A DNA stretch of 64,000 bases, from positions 1-64,000 of the forward strand of contig BAAIJX010000064.1 of assembly GCA_054600435.1 (NCBI GenBank). The letters are read 5' to 3'. Both the position numbers and the translations under genes were made by a program. Source of the stretch: Neophaeotheca triangularis. Lineage: Eukaryota. Shown piece after piece: positions 42,485 to 54,933 of the stretch (position 1 is its first letter; every line of letters starts with the position of its first letter). The notes under the pieces were generated by a model. The model ran no database searches and was not told the DNA's origin. It saw nothing but the letters and a program-made list of their open reading frames with translations.

Positions 42485-43844
42485 CTTGAATGAGATTTGT
42501 GGTTGTAAAGGGTTTGAAGGTGAGTGGTCGGAAGGTTGTTGATGATAATTTAAGACAAGTGGAAATGCGAGGAAGAGTAGGGGCAAAGATGGTTGAGAGT
42601 AGTTGAAGGGACAGGTTTCTTGTATGCAAATGCGATGAATGGGAACCCACCTCAGCCTGCAGATTGATTGCGTAGGTATTAACGAACTCGCTGCCAAGTT
42701 GGACTACACTCTACTACCTCCTAGACTCTAGTTGTCAGAGGTACTTATGCTCTCATGGTACTCTCCCCGGGGACAGAGACTTGCTTTCCACCTACGTAGA
42801 TTCGCCCATTCACACCTACACCATGCAAATGGCCTCGGGCAGGGCTGTTAATACTATTACGCTGTGAATAATGTAGTGCGAGTAAGGTCTTAGTCTTGGT
42901 GTGACGCGTTTTGCGGAGAGCTGGCGGATGAGGTGAGAGCTCCCCGGCCAGCTGGTGGATTCAGCAGTCATGATGTAACCGTCGCCAACAATCAAGTTAA
43001 GGTAAGGTTAGGTACCTAAGGTAGGTAAGGTAGGTCAGGTCAGGTCAGGTATCCAGGATCTGTTGAAGCTTTGTATGTAGCTAGGAGAAAGAAAAGACTA
43101 CTACTGACTCCGAAGAGTCGTCGTCGGCCGACTTGTTCTAGATTCCCATTCCCATTTGCCCAACATACCTCACCTAGGTAGTTGAGGGGATGATGCTCTC
43201 ATCCAGATGTCGGTGGAAAGTACCTAACCTATAACTAGACCACCTCATCAGCCTTTAGAGCGGGGCAGGCCAGCGAGCGCGGGGCACTCAGATTATTACC
43301 TTACCTCTAGTATTGCCCCTCATCATCATCATCGCAGTCAGTTCATCAGTCAGTCTAGCGGTGCTCTCTTCGTCTCCCAGCCGTTCTATAGAAGATCCTC
43401 ACGAATTCGTAATGCAGACAACCTTGGGAGGAACAACGTTCGTTAACTATTCAGATCCATACTCAGCTTCAGCTGCATTGTAGATCTGATCTGATAGCGA
43501 TTTTTCAGCAACTAACCCCAGCACGTCTCCGTAGCCGCCGTCAGAAATGTCATCAAGGAAGGATACCTTAGACCGGCTATAACAACACGGCCCCGGAATC
43601 ACCCTCCTCCCCTCACGTCATGCTCCGTAGAACCGATAAGATGAACTGTGACGTCCTGTAGCAGCGTACGTTAGAAGTCATATATTAAACAACGAAGATG
43701 CACTGTAGACCCTCTAGAACATCAACATCCCTCCCCCCGTCACCAATTGCCACTGATCCTCCCTAGCGTTTGTTCTAATAAGCCAACCCTCTCCCAACTC
43801 CAATCCCCAAACACAACCCACCCCGCCTTCCCCTACCCCAAAGA

Positions 43845-44810
43845 ATGCCACCTCGACCCTACCTACCCAACGCGCCTAATCGGCGACACCCCCGTCCCAG
43901 CCCTCGGCCTGACTAGACAGCATGGCCATGTCTTTCGGCTACAGCTCATTCGGCGGCTACGACGACAGCGCAAGCCGGGCTGGCGGGTGCTAACCGCGAG
44001 CGTAAAACTTCTGGGGACACCGGCGAGCGACATCTAGCGACCGAGTTCGGGAACGTTACGGGCGAGGGCGGGAAGATGATGATCTATAAGGTACTTGTGT
44101 TATGGAGGTGAGGGGGGATGGGGGAGTAATGTGCGGCGGGCTTGTGGGGAGAGGTTGGGGACTGGGTGGGTGGATTTACACTATCAGCACCGGGATGATG
44201 AGGAGGGGACGGCGATTGGGAGACGGTGGGGGGCGATGGCCGAGTTGAAGAGGGAGGGTAAGGTTACAGTAGGTGTTTGGGCTTGTCCGAATGCTCGGCG
44301 GGCACGCTTGGGAGGGCGTGCAAGGTACATCTCATGGCGGAGATGGAATTTTCGCCTTATTTGCGCTGCAGATTTGAGAGCGAGCAGACGCGGGTTTTGA
44401 AAACGGCTAGGGGGGTGGGGGTGACGATGGTCGCGTACTCGCCGCTGATAATGGAGACCACTGAGTTAGGACGGTTGTGTATGCGAATGGTGTTGCTAAC
44501 GAGAGACAGATGCTCGCTTCGGCGAAGAGAACTTTGACGACAACTTGAACACCGGGCCAGTTGTCGTTGGCTTGGGTACTCGCTCAAGGCGAAGACTTTC
44601 AATCCCATTCCCGGCACTAAGCGTGTCAAGTATCTGGAAGAGAAAGCCAAAGCCGTATACGTAACGCTTAATTAGCAAAGACGAGAGGAATTGCAAAATC
44701 GCAAGGCCATTATTGAGAGTGTTGGCGGCACAAAGGGCACGCAATCATACCCTTCAGCCTTGACGGCCAAGTGCTTTGGGGGGAGTCCAGAACTCAAGTA
44801 GAGTCGGTAC
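43845..44810 (+). pseudogene. Aldo-keto reductase pseudogene
   Basis: Fragments PTRLIG..VPALGL, VDLHYQHR, AMAELKREGKV, GLSECSA, VAYSPL, LAWVLAQG and PIPGTKRVKYLEE spread over different frames. Confidence 0.85.
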
Positions 44811-46291
44811 CTGCCTAACAAAACAATTGTTGAAAGTTGAGAAATCGGGATTTGGAGAGATTCGACGAGATGCGCATTGATATTTGGAGAGCTGTCACTA
44901 CTCCTACAAAGAAAAGTGTAGCAAGGAAGAAATGATTGGCACGGCTGATTGGTCAAGGTTCATTTTTTCACTCTGCGCGTGCTGCGTTGCTGCGTTTCAG
45001 TAAAAGTCTCGCCTTAGGAACTTGTTGAAGGCGAGCATTTCTACCGTCCTGTGCTAGCGACCGCGACGACTCCTCTTCCCGATGAACGCGTGTTCAATGA
45101 TCACATCCCCCTCCACCCAACCGAGAAAGTCCAGTTCCGGACGGGTGAAGAAGGCCCTGGGAAGCGGTTGAGTTCGATGGACGAAGAAGATTATTCCAGA
45201 GGGTACAGCAACCCGCGCGTGCATGTACCCGTAGCTCACAAATCACGCAAAAAGGCGGGTTTGACCTGTAACTTTGGCTGTGGGAGAGGAAAGTGTGCAA
45301 CAAATACAAAAAGACGGGAGGGCAGAAAAAGAGGGCGGGGAGGTCGAGACTTTTTGTACCTGCAGAGTGCCTGCAGTAGCTCTACCGGATGGGGACTGCC
45401 TATAGGCTGGTATGGGCCGTTTGGCGGCTAAGTGGGTGTTTGGGAAATTGCACTGACAAGTACAGTAAGGTGCCTGGTAACCCTAAGTCCTTTACTCGTG
45501 TAGCTAGGTGAGCATGTCCAGGGGTCTCCTCGTGGGAGGGCCGTATTGGGTGGAACCAGGTCAAAGCGTTGAGTGAGGGCTGTCGACGTGGCCTCGGCAG
45601 AGGTGACAGCTGCTCTCGTCGTGCTGGCATACTGATGAAACGAGACACCGGGCACCTACCCACATCACCGCCATGTATCTCAGAAAGGTATGCGCTGGCG
45701 AGGTTGTGTTGGTGGCGAGACGAGGACAACCTTTGAAATTACTCCATAAGGTAGGAATTATTATTATTCTTGTTTGATGTGCTCGTCCAAGTGCCCAATC
45801 GGCGCTTCGTCTACCAAAACGGCCAGACAAAACGGAAACGTGCGGCAAGTGAGCCCTTTCCTCTTTCGGACGCGCCTTCCTCGCGGCCTGGCGGCATCTC
45901 CTGGCGAAATTACCGGCGCTAGCAAAGCGTAAGCGAGAGCCAATGAGAGCTCAGGTACCAGGCCCTGAATCCACAATGCACAGTGCTCAATATCACTCCC
46001 CCTTATTATCATCATCCTGCCTGCCTCTGATCTTCTTCCTCCTTTTCCTTTCCAGACTCTCAAACTACTCTTCAAGCAGTATCACAGACCCCGTCGTTCT
46101 TTCCCAAACCACCCACCCGAGCACCGACCAGCGTGCACCCACACTCACTCAAAGAAACCACATACACACACACCTACACACACACACTCACTCGTCACTC
46201 CTTGCATTCCGAGAGGATTACCCACATTCCACACAACCTCCAAACAAAACAGCTCGACCGAGTCTCCTGACGCAGAGCCGCATTAACAACT

Positions 46292-46565
46292 GTAAGTCTA
46301 TCCTTACATCACATCACTTGCGCCTGTGAAACTCCCGACTGCTTCCCTCGACTTCACACGCCATCCAGCGATAATACGTGTTCAATCAATAGGCCTGCGT
46401 ACGGCGTGAGAGAGTTGCGTTACAACAATACGATCCAGCCTACACTCGTTCATGCGCTTGTCCACAATCAACCATCACCTTCGCTAGCACAACAATTCTT
46501 CCATCATACCCGCGCGCAACGCTGCCACACTACCCCAACACCCGCTAACACCCGCTGGCCGGCAG
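46292..46565 (+). other. 5'-UTR intron of the GH17 gene
   Basis: GTAAGT donor, GCTAAC branch and CAG acceptor ending 22 nt before the ATG. Confidence 0.6.
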
Positions 46566-46587
46566 TATCACTCCCAAATACATCACA

Positions 46588-47724
46588 ATGAAGACCACCT
46601 TCGCTCTCGCCGGTTTGGCCGCTTGTGCCGCCGCCGTTCCTTTCGGCGCCGACCACCGTCACCTCCACAAGCACGCCCACGAGGAGCGTGATGTTCACAC
46701 CAACGTCGTCTACGCGACTGCCGCCAAGGTCATGGTTTACGTCGACCAGCAAGGCAACCCCGTCTCCACCACCACCATGGGTGTGACCCAAGAGACCCAG
46801 GCTCCCATTGAGCCCAAGGTCAAGGTTGCTGCTCAGCCTGAGCCCACCCCTGAGGCTGCTGCCCCAGCCTACTCTCCTTCCGAGGAGTCCTCCGACTCTG
46901 ACAACTCCGGTAACTCTGGCAGCTCTGGCTCCAGCGCTGGCGGCATCGGCTCCGGCCACGGAATCGTGTACTCTCCCTACGCCGGAGACGGCACTTGCAA
47001 GGACCAGAGCCAAGTCAACCAGGACTTTGCTGAAATCAACGGCTACGACACCGTCCGCATCTACGGCGTTGACTGCAACCAGGTTACCACCGTCCTCTCC
47101 GCTGCCAAATCCAAGAACATGGGTGTCTTTGCCGGCATCTTCAACATTGACCAGGTCAGCAACGAGGTTCAGACCCTCATTGACGCCGTCGATGGCGACT
47201 GGGACATGATCAAGACCGTCTCCGTCGGTAACGAGGGTATCAACAACGGTGACTACTCCATCTCCGCTGTCAGCAGCGCCGTCGACACCGCCCGCAGCGC
47301 TCTCCAGTCTGCTGGCTACAACGGCCCCGTCGTCACCGTCGACACCTTCGTCGCCATCATTGCCAACCCCGGTCTCTGCGAGGTCGGTGACTTCGTCGCC
47401 GCCAACTGCCACGCCTACTTTGACGGCGGCGTCGAGGCCAAGGACGCTGGTGACTTCGTTCTCAACCAAGCCCAGCGCGTCTCTTCGGCTTGCAACGGCA
47501 AGACCACCGTCATCACCGAAACCGGCTGGCCCTCGCAGGGCTCCGCCAACCAGAAGGCCGTCCCCTCCAAGGAGAACCAAGCCGCCGCCGTCCAGTCCAT
47601 CGAGGAGAAGTTCGACAGCAACGTCATTCTCTTCACCGCCTTCAACGACCACTGGAAGACCGACTTCGCCGGCTCCCACAATGCCGAGCAGTACTGGGGT
47701 ATCTACGGCGACGCTCCCGCTTAA
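46588..47724 (+). CDS. Secreted GH17 cell-wall beta-1,3-glucanase/transglycosylase (Scw4/10/11-like)
   Basis: Signal peptide, low-complexity linker, VRIYGVDC, VGNE and ITETGWP motifs. Confidence 0.93.
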   Translation: MKTTFALAGLAACAAAVPFGADHRHLHKHAHEERDVHTNVVYATAAKVMVYVDQQGNPVSTTTMGVTQETQAPIEPKVKVAAQPEPTPEAAAPAYSPSEESSDSDNSGNSGSSGSSAGGIGSGHGIVYSPYAGDGTCKDQSQVNQDFAEINGYDTVRIYGVDCNQVTTVLSAAKSKNMGVFAGIFNIDQVSNEVQTLIDAVDGDWDMIKTVSVGNEGINNGDYSISAVSSAVDTARSALQSAGYNGPVVTVDTFVAIIANPGLCEVGDFVAANCHAYFDGGVEAKDAGDFVLNQAQRVSSACNGKTTVITETGWPSQGSANQKAVPSKENQAAAVQSIEEKFDSNVILFTAFNDHWKTDFAGSHNAEQYWGIYGDAPA

Positions 47725-49325
47725 GCGCGCCCTCATCTAGATCTTCCCAGAACGAAGCTACGATTTTTCTCTCCTTCGGTCAAAACTCATGGAAAGAGGG
47801 AGGAGGTGTATAGGCGGGCAAAGGCTTTTCGTCAAGGATACCAAAGACAATTCTGGCCTGGCGTTCTTACCTCTCGTATGGATGTGCGATGTTCTTTCTC
47901 TCTTGCTGTGCTTGTGGTGCCGGCGCTCACACAGTCTGCTGCATTACTACTCGAGCTAGTTTCCATCTCTTCTCCGATCGATTTTGGCTAGCTGTTTTTA
48001 GTAACGCGGATGGTTTCGTGTCGAGTGCTGGGTCACTATTTACACTTCTTGTTCATACAATTCTATCCACCTTTTCTCACCAGACCGTGACTCGGCTGTG
48101 TCGTCTCGTGTGATAAAAAGACGATCAGTTCACAGATGTGCCCCTTTGTGCCGTTGATATCTTTACACCTTATGGGAGCAGTAGTCTCATCACCACTCTC
48201 GTCTCTCCGTTAAAGTCCTTGTCTTTCCCACCGTCAGTCGGCCTTGATAAGAATGCCAACCCGTCTCTCGCAAGGGCTTTGCGGCCGGCCACCTTGATGC
48301 AGTGTGGATCCGGTCTCAAGACAAATAGAGAGCCGGATGAAAGCCATTCATCCATCCATCCACCCATAACACGCACGCAGCGGCGATTCTTGAAAGATTT
48401 TATCTAACGAACTCTCCTCAAGGCACGCAAGTACAGTAATACATGGTATTCAGTACCCCCCCACAGCAAAGATAGCTCTCAGACTGTACCTACAGAAGTC
48501 CTAACCACCTAGAACCCAGAACAAAAACACGCAAACGTCACCTGGACGTCAACATGGTAACCAGTAAACAGTGACGAGTTTGGCGTAACTTGAAAAAAGG
48601 TAGCGGCGATGATGCGATGAGATAAGCGAGGGGGAAAAGAAAGGAAGAGCGAAAAAAAAAAAATAAAGGCAAAAAGCTCGAGCCCGTAAGGCTCGAACAC
48701 ACAAGCTTTCGCTGTGAGAAGGGTTTCCAAAGATTGAGAAGACGGCTTAGTGCGCTGGGCCAAGGATTCATCTGGTAAAAGGCAAGGTGAATGCTGATTA
48801 ACCCAAGCGCGCCGTTACCCAGAACTATGCTAAAACAAAATATATAGTGTCAAATTTGCTCTTGCACCTCAAGTGAGGTCTATGTTGGAAGGTGGTCGGA
48901 AGGACTTTCCTTCTGCCTTTCGCCGGCTTACTCCGTTAAGATTGAGGCGTCTCTCGTATACCTTACTCTGCGCACTTTGATGGATACAAAGTGTAGAGTC
49001 GTTCACTCTGTCGCGTTTTCTATACATCCAACGCTCCATCACTTCCCGCCTCGGGATGGAATTCGAACAACTAGCAGCACCGCTGGCTATCGAGTACTTA
49101 TTCATTGTACTCGGGCTTGGTGTGCGTTGCAAAAGAGGGAAGCCATGGCGACTTGGGTGAATTAAGAGGGGGGTATCTACGCTCTACAATGCTCATCTTC
49201 TCCGATCTGCGTCCCGACGTTTTGAGAGAAAAGCGCTTCTCAACTCCCACATCACAGCCAATTCCATAGCCCTACCCAATTCTTACACTCACTCCCTCGC
49301 TTCCACGATCCGGCCTTCAAAAATC

Positions 49326-50729
49326 TCAACCCTCGACAACCCGCTCCGGCCTCTTCCCCAATTCCCGCCTTAACCACTCATCCAACAACACCTGCGTCCT
49401 CTCCGGATCCCTCCCTTCACGCCACTCGCGCCAAAAATGCCCCAACCCAAAAACAACCTCGATACTAATCAAGCCAATGATCAACCACTCCAACCCGGTC
49501 GAATGCTTCTCACTCAACCTCTCCCTCAAGACCCCGGCAATCTCAGACGCATAATCCATCTTCTCGTTCAGCACCTTGATGCGCACGCCCACGTCCAAGG
49601 CCCTCCCGACGCTGTCGTAGTAGTTCTCCAACCCCAGCTCGTGAGGCGAGTCCCAGAAGAGATCGGGGAGGGAATCCGTGAGTTCGCTGTAGAGGTTCAG
49701 TTGCGCGCGGATGGAGAGCAGCTCGCCTGTTTTTCGCAGGATGAAGGAGCGCGTGTAGGGTGCGCCTAGGGGCCGGCCCGAGGAGAGCGTGGTCGGGATG
49801 CTGCGGGTGCTGGTGAAGTAGAGCGACAGCTGGGTCTCGAGGACGGCGAGTTTGGTGCTCCGGGCTAGGGCCGAGGAGAAGGCGATTTTGGCCAGGATGG
49901 CGCTGGTTTGCGGATCCGTGGTTTGGTCTGCCGGGCTTTCTGCGTCGGAGGTGGGAGAGGGGTTGGCTGTGCCTAGGATTATCGTGTCGCCGATTATTTC
50001 GGATGAGGGTTTTGTCGCGTCTTCGAGGTAGTCGAGGTCTTCGGCTTCGAGTTTGTCCAGGTGGCTGTTTGTTGCGGCTGGGGGGAGGACGCGTTGGACC
50101 AGGCGGTACGCTACGCTTTCTGGAACGTTCCAGGCGGCTACCGTGCCCGAGGGGAAGACGAAGATGTCGCCGGCGCCTTTTGTGCGGTCTTGACCGGTTT
50201 CCCGGTCTTTTTCCACGTAGTTGGGCGTTTGGACGTGGAGGACTTGCGGGTAAAGGGAGGTGTGGAAGGGGTCGGTCTTGAAACCGTCTTCGCGGAGGAG
50301 GCGCCGGGCCACGGATATGTTGTAGGTTTCGGCGGCGCAGTAGGCAGTGACTTCTTTTGTAATGGCTTCCGGATCGACGTGGCGTGTCTTGCCGCTGCCT
50401 TTGATTATGCTTGCATCGCGTGATCTTTGCGCTTCGACCGCTACTCGGCGCAGAGAGGAGTCACCAATATGGGCTCGCTTTGCTTTGCGTTTGGGCTTCT
50501 TCTTTTGCTCGACGACTTCATCTTGCTTGTCCTTTTCCTGTCGAAGGGTCCTGTTTGAGGAGAAGTGATTTTTTGGCAGTCGCCGACCTTTGGTGGTTTT
50601 CGACACGGTCCGTAGGCATAGCGAAGGGTGTGGACTTGGGCGAGGAAAGCTTCGAGTGGGAGTGTGTGTGGTGAGACCTCGTTTGGCGACGGTACCGAAT
50701 GCTATCCAGGTCGCGTTCCTCGACGCCAT
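49326..50729 (-). CDS. DUF155 RMD1/RMND1-family protein, probably mitochondrial
   Basis: Basic presequence; FVFPSGT.AAWN, FSSALARSTKL, RIKVLNEKMDY and LEWLIIGLI motifs. Confidence 0.88.
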   Translation of the reverse strand: MASRNATWIAFGTVAKRGLTTHTPTRSFPRPSPHPSLCLRTVSKTTKGRRLPKNHFSSNRTLRQEKDKQDEVVEQKKKPKRKAKRAHIGDSSLRRVAVEAQRSRDASIIKGSGKTRHVDPEAITKEVTAYCAAETYNISVARRLLREDGFKTDPFHTSLYPQVLHVQTPNYVEKDRETGQDRTKGAGDIFVFPSGTVAAWNVPESVAYRLVQRVLPPAATNSHLDKLEAEDLDYLEDATKPSSEIIGDTIILGTANPSPTSDAESPADQTTDPQTSAILAKIAFSSALARSTKLAVLETQLSLYFTSTRSIPTTLSSGRPLGAPYTRSFILRKTGELLSIRAQLNLYSELTDSLPDLFWDSPHELGLENYYDSVGRALDVGVRIKVLNEKMDYASEIAGVLRERLSEKHSTGLEWLIIGLISIEVVFGLGHFWREWREGRDPERTQVLLDEWLRRELGKRPERVVEG

Positions 50730-50997
50730 GTCAATACTTTCTTAGCGATTGACGGATGTCCAGGCTGTTCAATATCTTATGCGTGAAATGGAGACATGGG
50801 AGATTGTTTGAAGCATGCCAAGCCGCGAGTGAAGCTCAAGTTCACAGACAGCTGCATCACCGCGCAGCGAGCTCTCGCGTCTCGAACGTATTCGTGCTGT
50901 ACGTACTCCCACGGACACTGCATCACCACCACCACCAATACCACCACCACTTTTCCTACGGAGTTCCGCCCCTGGACCTGGACTCCATGCCTGCAGC

Positions 50998-53900
50998 ATG
51001 TCAGGTGATCTCCAGGCGACGGAGAAAGATGGGAAGAGCAACGCCGACGAGCCAACTCGGGCAGAGTCCAACGACGGCGCTGCCGAGCGCGAATCTGAGG
51101 AGGAAGACGACGAAGACGACGAGGACGAGCCTAAGCTGAAGTATACCAAGTTGACTGGCAACGTTGCTGGTATCTATCGCAACAATGACTCTACCTCCGC
51201 CTTCACCGTCGCCGGCGACAAGATGGTCACGGGGACACACAACGGCAACATACACGTGCTCAGTCTGCCTTCTATGGAATCCCTGCGGCTCTACCACGCC
51301 CACTCCGCTACCATTACCTCGGTTTCCGTGTCGCCGACGCCTCCCCCGCCATCCCTACAACGGACAGAGACTGGTTTCTCAGGCCCGGCACCCACATCGC
51401 GCTCTGCTTCCATACAGTCGCAAGCCCCGCCCCAACGAGGACAGAAACCGCAACCTCAGATCCCCAATACTCCAAACAATCAAATCTACGTTGCGACTTC
51501 CTCCCTAGATGGACACGTTTGCGTTTCTTCATTGGTCGACCCAAAGGATGTCCAACTGCGCAACTTCGCTCGTCCAGTGAAAGCCGTAGCGCTGTCCCCC
51601 GACTTCAAGAACGACCGTACCTACCTCTCCGGCGGCCTGGCGGGTAACCTCGTTTTGACGGTAGGCGGTAAAGCAGGTGTCTCTTCCGATGCCAACACGA
51701 ACAGCACTGCGGCTGCGGCCTCCGGGTGGCTGAGCTCGTTTGGACTTGGGTCGAATACGGGCAAGGATACTGTATTACACTCAGGAGAGGGTGCTATAAG
51801 TACCATCAAGTGGAGTTTGACGGGCAAATGGGTGGTGTGGGTGAATGAGGAGGGAATCAAGATCATGCGCAGTCATCTGAAACTGGACAGCGAGTCTAGC
51901 GAGGACATGTGGAAGCGAATTGCACATGCACAAAAGCCTCATAGGAAGAACTGGACCGATATGGCGGCTGTGTGGAAGGCGAGGGCGGAGTGGATCAGTG
52001 ATAAGAAGTTGGAGAGTGACGAGCTGGTACCAGGGAAGGGGGTCAATGGCGTCAACGGCGGGGCGAATACCACGACAAAGAAGGTGGAGAAGCTCGTCGT
52101 AGGGTGGGGCGATACTGTCTGGGTCTTGCATGTGCATGAAGGTGGCACGGGTGCTGGCAAAGAAGCTGGCAAGAGACAGGTGGGCACCGCTGAGATTCCG
52201 CACAAACTGCAGTTTCGGGACTGCGTCGTTTCCGGCCTTTCGCTCTATACCCCTTCGATGCTTGCGATTTTGGCGTACCGGACACGTGATGATGACGACA
52301 AGCCCATTGCTCAGGCGAACGACACTCAAAAGAAAGGTCGGCATCATAGGCAAACAGGACTACCTCCTCAGCTTAGATTGGTTGACGTTGCTTCTGGAGA
52401 GGAAGTCGATCTTGACGAACTATCGAAAATGTCTCGATTTGAGTCTCTTTCTGCACAAGATTATCATTTGGGAACCATGTACATGCCCACTCCCGCGCCT
52501 CGGAAAGAAAGTACAGCACAGCAGAGAGGAACAATGGAGAACTTATGGGAGTACTCCGGAGGCGGGTATGCAACTCGCATGTTCACAACGACGGGCAGTG
52601 TTCTTAGCAAGAGCAGCAGCCAAGACCAAATCGACCGGGGGTCGGCAGCCTCGCCATCATTGGGCTCTATGAAAGGCGTTACGCCAACACCGGCCCGTCG
52701 ATCTATCGATGCTCCGCCTTTCGCAGCAAACCCCGGCTTGAAGCTTTTCATCCATAGTCCGTATGATTGCGTTCTAGCTGTAAAGCGAGACCTCAGCGAT
52801 CACTTGGAGTGGCTGGTAGAACATCATCAATACTCACAAGCCTGGCAGCTTCTCGATGATCATCCAGAAGTCATTGACCCGTCGACAGCAGACACCAAGT
52901 CGGTTTCTCAGACCCAGTCACAAGCCCAATCACAACCCAGCTCGCCCTCAAAAGCTCACGGCAGTTTGGCGGAGTTTTTCGCAGACGACAGCTCCTCGAC
53001 CACAGCAACCACTTGCCGTGCCCACAATTCGGTGGCTCAGAAAGAAAAGCGACGCATTGGCGATCTTTGGTTACAACAGCTGATCTCGACAGACCGATGG
53101 GCAGAAGCCGGGAAAGTCGCAGGCAAAGTACTGGGCACCAGCTCGAGATGGGAACACTGGGTTTGGACGTTCGCCCAAGCATCCAAATTCGACGATATCA
53201 CGCCATTCATCCCTTCTACAAGGATGAAGCCTCCGTTGCCAAGTCTGGTGTATGAAGTCGTTTTGGGCCACTACATTACCGTCGATAGGCCTAGATTGCA
53301 GAAGCTGCTCGAAGAGTGGGATCCGGAGTTGTTCGACGTCAGCTCTGTCGTTGCTGCTATTGAGAGCAGATTGGACAGCCGCGAAGTTACTGAAGACACT
53401 GTCGAGGACGGGGTTCAAGGCCGCGACTATCGTATTCTACTATCAGCACTGGCGAAGCTCTATCTCGCTGAAGGTCGAGCACGAGACGCGCTCAGATGTT
53501 TCATTCGAACGCAAAACGCTGACGCCGCCATGGCTTTGATCAAGGAGGAAAAGCTACTAGACGCTGTGGCTGACGACGTTCCCGGCGTGATCATGCTGCG
53601 CGTTTCCCGCTCGCAACTCGAAAACGCCCCCCAATCTGAATTGGAAGAAGCAGCCTCGGAAGCAACCACGCTTCTCGTTGAAGAAGCTCACCGCGGTACA
53701 GTGACTCCAGACGCCGTGGTTGCCCAACTAACCCGCCGCGGCAAGCCTTTCGAACCCTTCCTCTTCTTCTACCTTCGCTCCCTATGGTACGACAACGGGC
53801 GCGCCTCTTCAGAAACCAGCGCCCGGGGCCACGCCCGCAATCTTACCTCGCGGCGTCTCTCCGAATCTCACGCCCTCGTCTCCGACCACGCCGACCTCGC

Positions 53901-54933
53901 CGTGCAGCTCTTCGCAACCTACGACCGTGAATTGCTTTCAATCTTCCTGCGCACGTCCAATGTCTACGATTACGAAACCGCCCAACAAATCTGCGAGTCC
54001 AAGCACTACATCCCCGAACTCATCCACGTCCTCTCCAAAACCGGCCAAACGAAACGCGCCCTCTTCCTCATCATTGGCGAGTTAGGTGACGTCAAACAAG
54101 CCATTGAGTTTACCAAAACCCACCCGGACCTCTGGCAAGACCTCCTCGAATACAGCATGGACAAACCGCAATTCATCCGTGGGCTGCTCGAAGAAGTCGG
54201 TACAACCATCAACCCCATCGAGCTCGTCCGTCGCATCCCCGAAGGCCTCGAAATACCCGGTCTCCGCAACGGGCTGGCGAAAATGCTCCGCGAGCACGAG
54301 ATCCAGCTGTCCATCTCCTCGGGGGTCGCGCGTGTACTACGAGGCGAGGTGCAAATGGGCATGGACACGTTACGCGCAGGCCAGAAGAAAGCCGTGCGCT
54401 TCGAAGTCGTGCATGACACGTCGGAAAAACACGGCCACGAACACCCAACCACCGAAGTCGATCTCGCGGTGCGCGATGTACCCACCACTACCACTACCAC
54501 CGACGGCTACAGCAGCGAACTCCTGCCCCCACAAAACAAACGGACCGTCCTCAAGACTGCCGTCCGTCCCGGGCACTGCACCACTTGCAGCGAACCCTTC
54601 AGCTCCGCGTCGTCAGACTCCCCCGACGCCGGCGACACCCACCTCATCGGCTTCGCTTGCGGTCACATCTTCCACCTGCCCTGCCTCCTCGATGCGAATC
54701 CGGAAACCGCGGATTCGGCCGCCGCTGACGATTTACTACGGCAGATGCGACGGAGCCATGAGAGCGAAACTGCTGACAGGGCCGACGACATGGGCCTCGC
54801 TGGCGCTACTGCTGGAGCCAGGGGTTATGGCGGGGGCAGGCCAAGTGTTGGCGCTAAAGTCGCGCATGCGCATGTTATTGGGAACGTGGTCAAGGGGGGT
54901 TGTGTGGCTTGTGGGGTGGTGGAGGGTGCCTAA
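50998..54933 (+). CDS. VPS41: HOPS subunit Vps41
   Basis: Acidic DEPKLKY start, GTHNGNIH, WD region, clathrin-type repeat (LW.DLL.YSMDKP.FI) and C-terminal RING-like CGHIFH. Confidence 0.94.
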   Translation: MSGDLQATEKDGKSNADEPTRAESNDGAAERESEEEDDEDDEDEPKLKYTKLTGNVAGIYRNNDSTSAFTVAGDKMVTGTHNGNIHVLSLPSMESLRLYHAHSATITSVSVSPTPPPPSLQRTETGFSGPAPTSRSASIQSQAPPQRGQKPQPQIPNTPNNQIYVATSSLDGHVCVSSLVDPKDVQLRNFARPVKAVALSPDFKNDRTYLSGGLAGNLVLTVGGKAGVSSDANTNSTAAAASGWLSSFGLGSNTGKDTVLHSGEGAISTIKWSLTGKWVVWVNEEGIKIMRSHLKLDSESSEDMWKRIAHAQKPHRKNWTDMAAVWKARAEWISDKKLESDELVPGKGVNGVNGGANTTTKKVEKLVVGWGDTVWVLHVHEGGTGAGKEAGKRQVGTAEIPHKLQFRDCVVSGLSLYTPSMLAILAYRTRDDDDKPIAQANDTQKKGRHHRQTGLPPQLRLVDVASGEEVDLDELSKMSRFESLSAQDYHLGTMYMPTPAPRKESTAQQRGTMENLWEYSGGGYATRMFTTTGSVLSKSSSQDQIDRGSAASPSLGSMKGVTPTPARRSIDAPPFAANPGLKLFIHSPYDCVLAVKRDLSDHLEWLVEHHQYSQAWQLLDDHPEVIDPSTADTKSVSQTQSQAQSQPSSPSKAHGSLAEFFADDSSSTTATTCRAHNSVAQKEKRRIGDLWLQQLISTDRWAEAGKVAGKVLGTSSRWEHWVWTFAQASKFDDITPFIPSTRMKPPLPSLVYEVVLGHYITVDRPRLQKLLEEWDPELFDVSSVVAAIESRLDSREVTEDTVEDGVQGRDYRILLSALAKLYLAEGRARDALRCFIRTQNADAAMALIKEEKLLDAVADDVPGVIMLRVSRSQLENAPQSELEEAASEATTLLVEEAHRGTVTPDAVVAQLTRRGKPFEPFLFFYLRSLWYDNGRASSETSARGHARNLTSRRLSESHALVSDHADLAVQLFATYDRELLSIFLRTSNVYDYETAQQICESKHYIPELIHVLSKTGQTKRALFLIIGELGDVKQAIEFTKTHPDLWQDLLEYSMDKPQFIRGLLEEVGTTINPIELVRRIPEGLEIPGLRNGLAKMLREHEIQLSISSGVARVLRGEVQMGMDTLRAGQKKAVRFEVVHDTSEKHGHEHPTTEVDLAVRDVPTTTTTTDGYSSELLPPQNKRTVLKTAVRPGHCTTCSEPFSSASSDSPDAGDTHLIGFACGHIFHLPCLLDANPETADSAAADDLLRQMRRSHESETADRADDMGLAGATAGARGYGGGRPSVGAKVAHAHVIGNVVKGGCVACGVVEGA

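Noticed and set aside
46504..47736. 410-aa antisense ORF over the GH17 gene
   Set aside because: Shadow of strong codon bias on the sense strand; no motifs
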